A stretch of 64,000 nucleotides of DNA, taken from the NCBI RefSeq assembly GCF_053078305.1, contig NZ_CP166879.1; one strand, given 5' to 3'. Below the pieces are notes generated by a model that saw only the letters and a list, made by a program, of their open reading frames with translations, ran no database searches and was not told the origin of the DNA. Shown here piece after piece: positions 56,053 through 64,000 of the stretch (position 1 is its first letter; every line of letters begins with the position of its first letter). The position numbers and the translations under genes were made by a program.

Positions 56053-57762
56053 ATGTCTGAAGAAAAATTAGGTCAACATTATCTCGCCGCGCTGAATGAG
56101 GCATTTCCGGGCGTCGTGCTGGACCACGCCTGGCAGACCAAAGATCAGCTGACTGTTACCGTAAAGGTGAACTATCTGCCGGAAGTGGTGGAGTTTCTCT
56201 ACTACAAGCAGGGGGGCTGGCTGTCGGTGCTTTTTGGTAACGACGAACGCAAACTGAATGGTCATTACGCCGTTTATTACGTGCTGTCGATGGAGAAGGG
56301 TACCAAGTGCTGGATTACGGTGCGCGTCGAAGTTGATGCCAACAAACCGGAGTATCCGTCCGTGACGCCGCGCGTTCCGGCGGCGGTGTGGGGCGAGCGC
56401 GAAGTGCGCGATATGTACGGTTTGATTCCGGTTGGTCTGCCGGATGAACGTCGTCTGGTGCTGCCGGATGACTGGCCGGATGAACTTTATCCGCTGCGTA
56501 AAGACAGCATGGATTACCGTCAGCGTCCGGCACCAACTACTGATGCTGAAACCTACGAGTTCATCAACGAACTGGGCGACAAGAAAAACAACGTCGTGCC
56601 GATTGGTCCGTTGCACGTCACTTCCGACGAACCGGGTCACTTCCGTCTGTTCGTCGATGGCGAAAACATTATCGACGCCGACTACCGTCTGTTCTACGTC
56701 CATCGCGGCATGGAAAAACTGGCGGAAACCCGCATGGGTTACAACGAAGTGACCTTCCTCTCTGACCGTGTGTGCGGGATCTGCGGCTTTGCTCACAGCA
56801 CCGCCTACACCACGTCGGTGGAAAACGCGATGGGTATTCAGGTGCCAGAACGTGCGCAGATGATCCGCGCCATTCTGCTGGAGGTGGAACGCCTGCACTC
56901 GCATCTGCTCAACCTCGGTCTTGCCTGCCACTTTACCGGCTTTGACTCCGGCTTTATGCAGTTCTTCCGCGTGCGTGAAACCTCCATGAAAATGGCAGAG
57001 ATCCTTACCGGTGCGCGTAAAACCTACGGCCTGAACCTGATCGGCGGGATTCGTCGCGATCTGCTGAAAGATGACATGATCCAGACCCGCCAGCTGGCGC
57101 AACAGATGCGTCGTGAAGTGCAGGAGCTGGTGGATGTGCTGTTGAGCACACCGAACATGGAACAACGCACTGTCGGCATTGGTCGTCTGGACCCGGAAAT
57201 CGCTCGCGACTTCAGTAACGTCGGCCCGATGGTCCGTGCCAGCGGTCACGCTCGCGATACTCGCGCCGATCACCCGTTTGTTGGTTATGGCCTGCTGCCA
57301 ATGGAAGTCCACAGCGAGCAGGGCTGCGACGTTATTTCCCGTCTGAAAGTGCGTATCAACGAAGTCTATACCGCGCTGAACATGATCGACTACGGTCTGG
57401 ATAACCTGCCGGGTGGCCCACTGATGGTGGAAGGCTTTACCTACATTCCGCACCGCTTTGCGCTGGGCTTTGCCGAAGCGCCGCGCGGCGATGATATCCA
57501 CTGGAGCATGACCGGCGACAACCAGAAGCTGTACCGCTGGCGCTGCCGTGCCGCGACTTACGCGAACTGGCCGACCCTGCGCTACATGCTGCGTGGCAAT
57601 ACCGTTTCCGATGCGCCGCTGATTATCGGTAGCCTCGACCCTTGCTACTCCTGTACCGACCGCATGACCGTGGTCGATGTGCGTAAGAAGAAGAGCAAAG
57701 TGGTGCCGTACAAAGAACTCGAGCGTTACAGCATTGAGCGTAAAAACTCGCCGCTGAAATAA
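56053..57762 (+). CDS. hycE: Hydrogenase 3 large subunit
   Basis: 569 aa from MSEEKLGQHYL...; NiFe-binding RVCGICGFAH and DPCYSCTDR motifs. Confidence 0.95.
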   Translation: MSEEKLGQHYLAALNEAFPGVVLDHAWQTKDQLTVTVKVNYLPEVVEFLYYKQGGWLSVLFGNDERKLNGHYAVYYVLSMEKGTKCWITVRVEVDANKPEYPSVTPRVPAAVWGEREVRDMYGLIPVGLPDERRLVLPDDWPDELYPLRKDSMDYRQRPAPTTDAETYEFINELGDKKNNVVPIGPLHVTSDEPGHFRLFVDGENIIDADYRLFYVHRGMEKLAETRMGYNEVTFLSDRVCGICGFAHSTAYTTSVENAMGIQVPERAQMIRAILLEVERLHSHLLNLGLACHFTGFDSGFMQFFRVRETSMKMAEILTGARKTYGLNLIGGIRRDLLKDDMIQTRQLAQQMRREVQELVDVLLSTPNMEQRTVGIGRLDPEIARDFSNVGPMVRASGHARDTRADHPFVGYGLLPMEVHSEQGCDVISRLKVRINEVYTALNMIDYGLDNLPGGPLMVEGFTYIPHRFALGFAEAPRGDDIHWSMTGDNQKLYRWRCRAATYANWPTLRYMLRGNTVSDAPLIIGSLDPCYSCTDRMTVVDVRKKKSKVVPYKELERYSIERKNSPLK

Positions 57763-57771
57763 GGAATCGCC

Positions 57772-58314
57772 ATGTTTACCTTTATCAAAAAAGTCATCAA
57801 AACCGGCACGGCGACCTCGTCTTATCCGCTGGAGCCGATTGCGGTTGATAAAAACTTCCGTGGTAAGCCAGAGCAGAACCCGCAGCAGTGCATCGGCTGC
57901 GCGGCCTGCGTCAATGCCTGCCCGTCAAACGCCTTAACGGTTGAAACTGACCTCGCCACAGGAGAGCTTGCGTGGGAGTTTAATCTCGGGCGTTGCATCT
58001 TCTGTGGACGCTGCGAAGAAGTTTGCCCGACGGCGGCGATTAAGCTGTCGCAAGAGTACGAACTGGCGGTGTGGAAGAAAGAAGACTTCCTGCAACAGTC
58101 CCGCTTCGCGCTGTGCAACTGTCGCGTCTGCAATCGTCCTTTCGCCGTCCAGAAAGAGATCGACTACGCCATTGCGCTGCTTAAGCACAACGGCGACAGC
58201 CGCGCGGAAAACCACCGCGAAAGCTTTGAGACTTGCCCGGAATGTAAGCGCCAGAAATGCCTGGTGCCGTCCGACCGTATTGAACTGACTCGCCATATGA
58301 AAGAGGCCATCTGA
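57772..58314 (+). CDS. hycF: FHL complex iron-sulfur subunit
   Basis: 180-aa ORF with 4Fe-4S Cys clusters. Confidence 0.95.
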   Translation: MFTFIKKVIKTGTATSSYPLEPIAVDKNFRGKPEQNPQQCIGCAACVNACPSNALTVETDLATGELAWEFNLGRCIFCGRCEEVCPTAAIKLSQEYELAVWKKEDFLQQSRFALCNCRVCNRPFAVQKEIDYAIALLKHNGDSRAENHRESFETCPECKRQKCLVPSDRIELTRHMKEAI

Positions 58315-59081
58315 TGAGCAATTTATTAGGCCCCCGTGACGCCAACGGCATTCCGGTCCCGATGACGGTGGATGAATCCATCGCCAGTATGAAGGCGTCG
58401 TTACTGAAAAAAATCAAACGCTCTGCCTACGTTTACCGCGTGGACTGCGGCGGCTGCAACGGCTGCGAAATCGAAATTTTCGCCACGCTTTCGCCGCTGT
58501 TTGATGCAGAACGCTTCGGCATTAAAGTCGTTCCTTCACCGCGTCATGCGGATATTTTACTGTTTACCGGCGCGGTCACCCGTGCAATGCGATCCCCTGC
58601 GCTGCGTGCGTGGCAGTCCGCGCTGGACCCGAAAATTTGTATCTCCTACGGTGCCTGCGGTAACAGCGGCGGGATCTTCCACGATCTCTACTGCGTGTGG
58701 GGCGGTACGGATAAAATCGTCCCGGTGGATGTTTATATCCCTGGCTGCCCGCCAACGCCTGCCGCCACGCTGTACGGCTTTGCAATGGCGCTCGGCCTGC
58801 TGGAGCAGAAAATTCACGCCCGTGGGCCGGGTGAGCAGGATGAACAACCGGCAGAAATTCTGCATGGCGATATGGTGCAGCCGCTGCGTGTGAAAGTGGA
58901 TCGCGAAGCACGTCGACTGGCGGGTTATCGTTACGGTCGTCAGATTGCCGATGATTACCTTACACAGTTAGGGCAGGGCGAAGAACAGGTTGCACGCTGG
59001 CTGGAAGCGGAAAACGATCCGCGTCTGAACGAGATTGTCAGCCATCTGAATCATGTTGTAGAAGAGGCGCGTATCCGATGA
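58314..59081 (+). CDS. hycG: Hydrogenase 3 small subunit
   Basis: 255-aa ORF (NuoB-like; GCPP motif). Confidence 0.95.
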   Translation: MSNLLGPRDANGIPVPMTVDESIASMKASLLKKIKRSAYVYRVDCGGCNGCEIEIFATLSPLFDAERFGIKVVPSPRHADILLFTGAVTRAMRSPALRAWQSALDPKICISYGACGNSGGIFHDLYCVWGGTDKIVPVDVYIPGCPPTPAATLYGFAMALGLLEQKIHARGPGEQDEQPAEILHGDMVQPLRVKVDREARRLAGYRYGRQIADDYLTQLGQGEEQVARWLEAENDPRLNEIVSHLNHVVEEARIR

Positions 59082-59488
59082 GTGAAAAGGTGGTGTTCAG
59101 TCAACTGAGCCGTAAATTTATTGATGAGAACGATGCCACGCCCGCCGAGGCGCAGCAGGTGGTCTATTACAGCCTGGCGATTGGTCACCACCTTGGGGTT
59201 ATCGATTGCCTGGAAGCGGCGCTCACCTGCCCGTGGGATGAATATCTGGCATGGATTGCCACTCTGGAGGCGGGCAGCGAAGCCCGCCGCAAAATGGAAG
59301 GTGTGCCGAAATATGGTGAGATCGTCATCGACATTAACCATGTGCCGATGCTGGCCAATGCATTCGATAAAGCCCGGGCAGCGCAAACTTCGCAGCAGCA
59401 GGAATGGAGTACAATGCTGTTAAGTATGCTGCATGATATTCATCAGGAAAACGCCATCTATTTGATGGTGAGGAGACTGCGTGACTGA
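59078..59488 (+). CDS. hycH: FHL maturation protein HycH
   Basis: 136-aa ORF; operon position. Confidence 0.9.
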   Translation: MSEKVVFSQLSRKFIDENDATPAEAQQVVYYSLAIGHHLGVIDCLEAALTCPWDEYLAWIATLEAGSEARRKMEGVPKYGEIVIDINHVPMLANAFDKARAAQTSQQQEWSTMLLSMLHDIHQENAIYLMVRRLRD

Positions 59489-59951
59489 CGTTTTACTCTG
59501 TGTTGGCAATAGCATGATGGGCGATGATGGCGCAGGTCCGCTGCTGGCGGAAAAGTGCGCCGCCGCGCCGAAAGGTAACTGGGTGGTGATTGACGGCGGT
59601 AGCGCACCGGAAAACGACATCGTCGCTATCCGTGAACTGCGCCCGACACGACTGCTGATTGTCGACGCCACGGATATGGGGCTAAACCCCGGCGAAATCC
59701 GCATCATCGACCCGGATGATATCGCCGAGATGTTTATGATGACTACCCATAACATGCCGTTGAACTACCTTATCGACCAGTTAAAAGAAGACATTGGCGA
59801 AGTGATTTTCCTCGGCATCCAGCCGGATATCGTCGGCTTTTACTACCCGATGACTCAGCCGATTAAAGATGCGGTAGAAACCGTTTATCAACGACTGGAA
59901 GGCTGGGAAGGGAACGGCGGCTTCGCGCAGTTAGCGGTGGAAGAAGAGTAG
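59481..59951 (+). CDS. hycI: Hydrogenase 3 maturation endopeptidase
   Basis: 156-aa ORF; operon position. Confidence 0.9.
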   Translation: MTDVLLCVGNSMMGDDGAGPLLAEKCAAAPKGNWVVIDGGSAPENDIVAIRELRPTRLLIVDATDMGLNPGEIRIIDPDDIAEMFMMTTHNMPLNYLIDQLKEDIGEVIFLGIQPDIVGFYYPMTQPIKDAVETVYQRLEGWEGNGGFAQLAVEEE

Positions 59952-60021
59952 TTTTTCAATAAGGAATCAGGACAGGGATGTTCTTGATGGGGTGAACCAG
60001 CTCTGATGCCAAATGCTAAAT

Positions 60022-60103
60022 TGCCCGATGCGCTGCGCTTATCGGGCCTACATGTCGCACGAACTATGTAGGCCGGATAAGGCGTTCACGCCGCATCCGG
60101 CAC
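60022..60103. repeat. BIME (pair of REP palindromic units)
   Basis: GCCCGATGCGCTGCGCTTATCGGGCCTACA and TGTAGGCCGGATAAGGCGTTCACGCCGCATCCGGCA between hycI and ascB. Confidence 0.85.
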
Positions 60104-60109
60104 GGTTAC

Positions 60110-63000
<2,891 letters not shown>

Positions 63001-63250
63001 CGGATTTTATCCTGTTATCAGTAGGGTAGATGTAGTTGTTATCAGTCGACGTGACGGAAAAATGCCGATGCTGAAACGGAATTAAGAAACCGGTTTCACA
63101 AAATCATGAATAGTTGTCACCAAATAAGCAAGAGAGTTAATTGTTCATTTTTTATATTTGTGAAACCGGTCACCTGAATATTTTTCCCGCCGATTGCGCA
63201 AGGACAATCGGCAAACGGTGCAGTACACTGCGTTGATTGCGTGTAAAGGG

Positions 63251-64000
63251 ATGAAAATGATGACGACGATGCTGGAAGTGGCGAAGCGCGCCGGGGTTTC
63301 AAAAGCGACCGTTTCCCGCGTGCTTTCAGGTAATGGCTACGTCAGCCAGGAGACTAAAGATCGCGTGTTTCAGGCGGTAGAAGAGAGCGGTTACCGTCCA
63401 AACTTGCTGGCGCGCAATCTGTCGGCGAAGAGTACTCAGACGCTGGGGCTGGTAGTGACCAACACGCTTTACCACGGCATTTATTTTAGTGAATTACTGT
63501 TTCATGCCGCGCGAATGGCGGAAGAGAAAGGGCGGCAGTTGCTATTGGCAGATGGTAAACACAGCGCCGAAGAAGAGCGCCAGGCGATTCAGTATCTGCT
63601 GGATTTGCGCTGCGACGCCATTATGATTTACCCGCGTTTTTTAAGCGTGGATGAGATCGATGACATTATTGACGCGCACAGTCAGCCGATAATGGTGCTT
63701 AATCGCCGCCTGCGCAAAAATAGCAGCCATAGCGTCTGGTGCGATCATAAACAGACCAGCTTTAACGCCGTGGCAGAGTTGATAAACGCCGGGCATCAGG
63801 AGATTGCTTTCCTTACCGGCTCGATGGATTCCCCCACCAGCGTTGAACGTCTTGCCGGGTATAAAGACGCGCTGGCGCAGCATGGTATTGCGCTCAATGA
63901 AAAACTTATCGCTAACGGTAAATGGACGCCCGCCAGCGGGGCCGAAGGGGTAGAAACGTTGCTCGAACGTGGGGCTAAATTTAGCGCGTTAGTTGCCAGT
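63251..64000 (+). CDS. ascG: LacI-family repressor of the asc operon (3' end truncated by window)
   Basis: N-terminal HTH (TMLEVAKRAGVSKATVSRVLSG) followed by a periplasmic-binding-protein-like domain; runs to the window end without a stop. Confidence 0.9.
   Translation, partial: MKMMTTMLEVAKRAGVSKATVSRVLSGNGYVSQETKDRVFQAVEESGYRPNLLARNLSAKSTQTLGLVVTNTLYHGIYFSELLFHAARMAEEKGRQLLLADGKHSAEEERQAIQYLLDLRCDAIMIYPRFLSVDEIDDIIDAHSQPIMVLNRRLRKNSSHSVWCDHKQTSFNAVAELINAGHQEIAFLTGSMDSPTSVERLAGYKDALAQHGIALNEKLIANGKWTPASGAEGVETLLERGAKFSALVAS

Noticed and set aside
56068-57501. 477-aa ORF antisense to hycE
   Set aside because: It lies entirely within and opposite to the well-supported hydrogenase large-subunit gene. 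Long antisense frames arise when the sense gene avoids the codons TTA, CTA and TCA (reverse complements of stop codons); the composition is not protein-like.

Overview
This 64-kb window is an Escherichia coli chromosomal segment whose gene order I recognise from the K-12 map (in the opposite orientation); by inference it is a non-K-12 lineage. Order: a ygcE-side CRISPR array (CRISPR2.1-like, truncated at the window start) plus a degenerate mini-array; the ygc cluster of unknown function (ygcE, yqcE, ygcW, ygcU, ygcS, ygcR, ygcQ, ygcP, ygcO, ygcN); queD; cysJIH; an intact hok-family toxin ORF; a complete type I-E CRISPR-Cas operon (cas3, cse1, cse2, cas7e, cas5e, cas6e, cas1, cas2) with leader and a 16-spacer array; iap; cysDNC; ygbE; ftsB; ispDF; truD; surE; pcm; nlpD; rpoS; a short variable segment (slyA-like regulator plus ecdBCD-like decarboxylase genes) in place of the K-12 ygbI-N block; pphB; mutS; ygbA; a tandem-Mop ORF; fhlA; hypEDCBA; hycABCDEFGHI; ascB, ascF and partial ascG. 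No IS element, integrase or prophage gene was seen. The main things worth a second look are the hok-like gene beside the cas3 promoter, a solitary inverted CRISPR repeat after cas3, a leader-repeat junction deletion in the mini-array, a frameshift in ygcR, and the Mop ORF after fhlA. I found nothing I can defend as a wholly new system; the ygc cluster is the best candidate for undescribed biology. All identifications are by eye from the translations and synteny; no database search was run.
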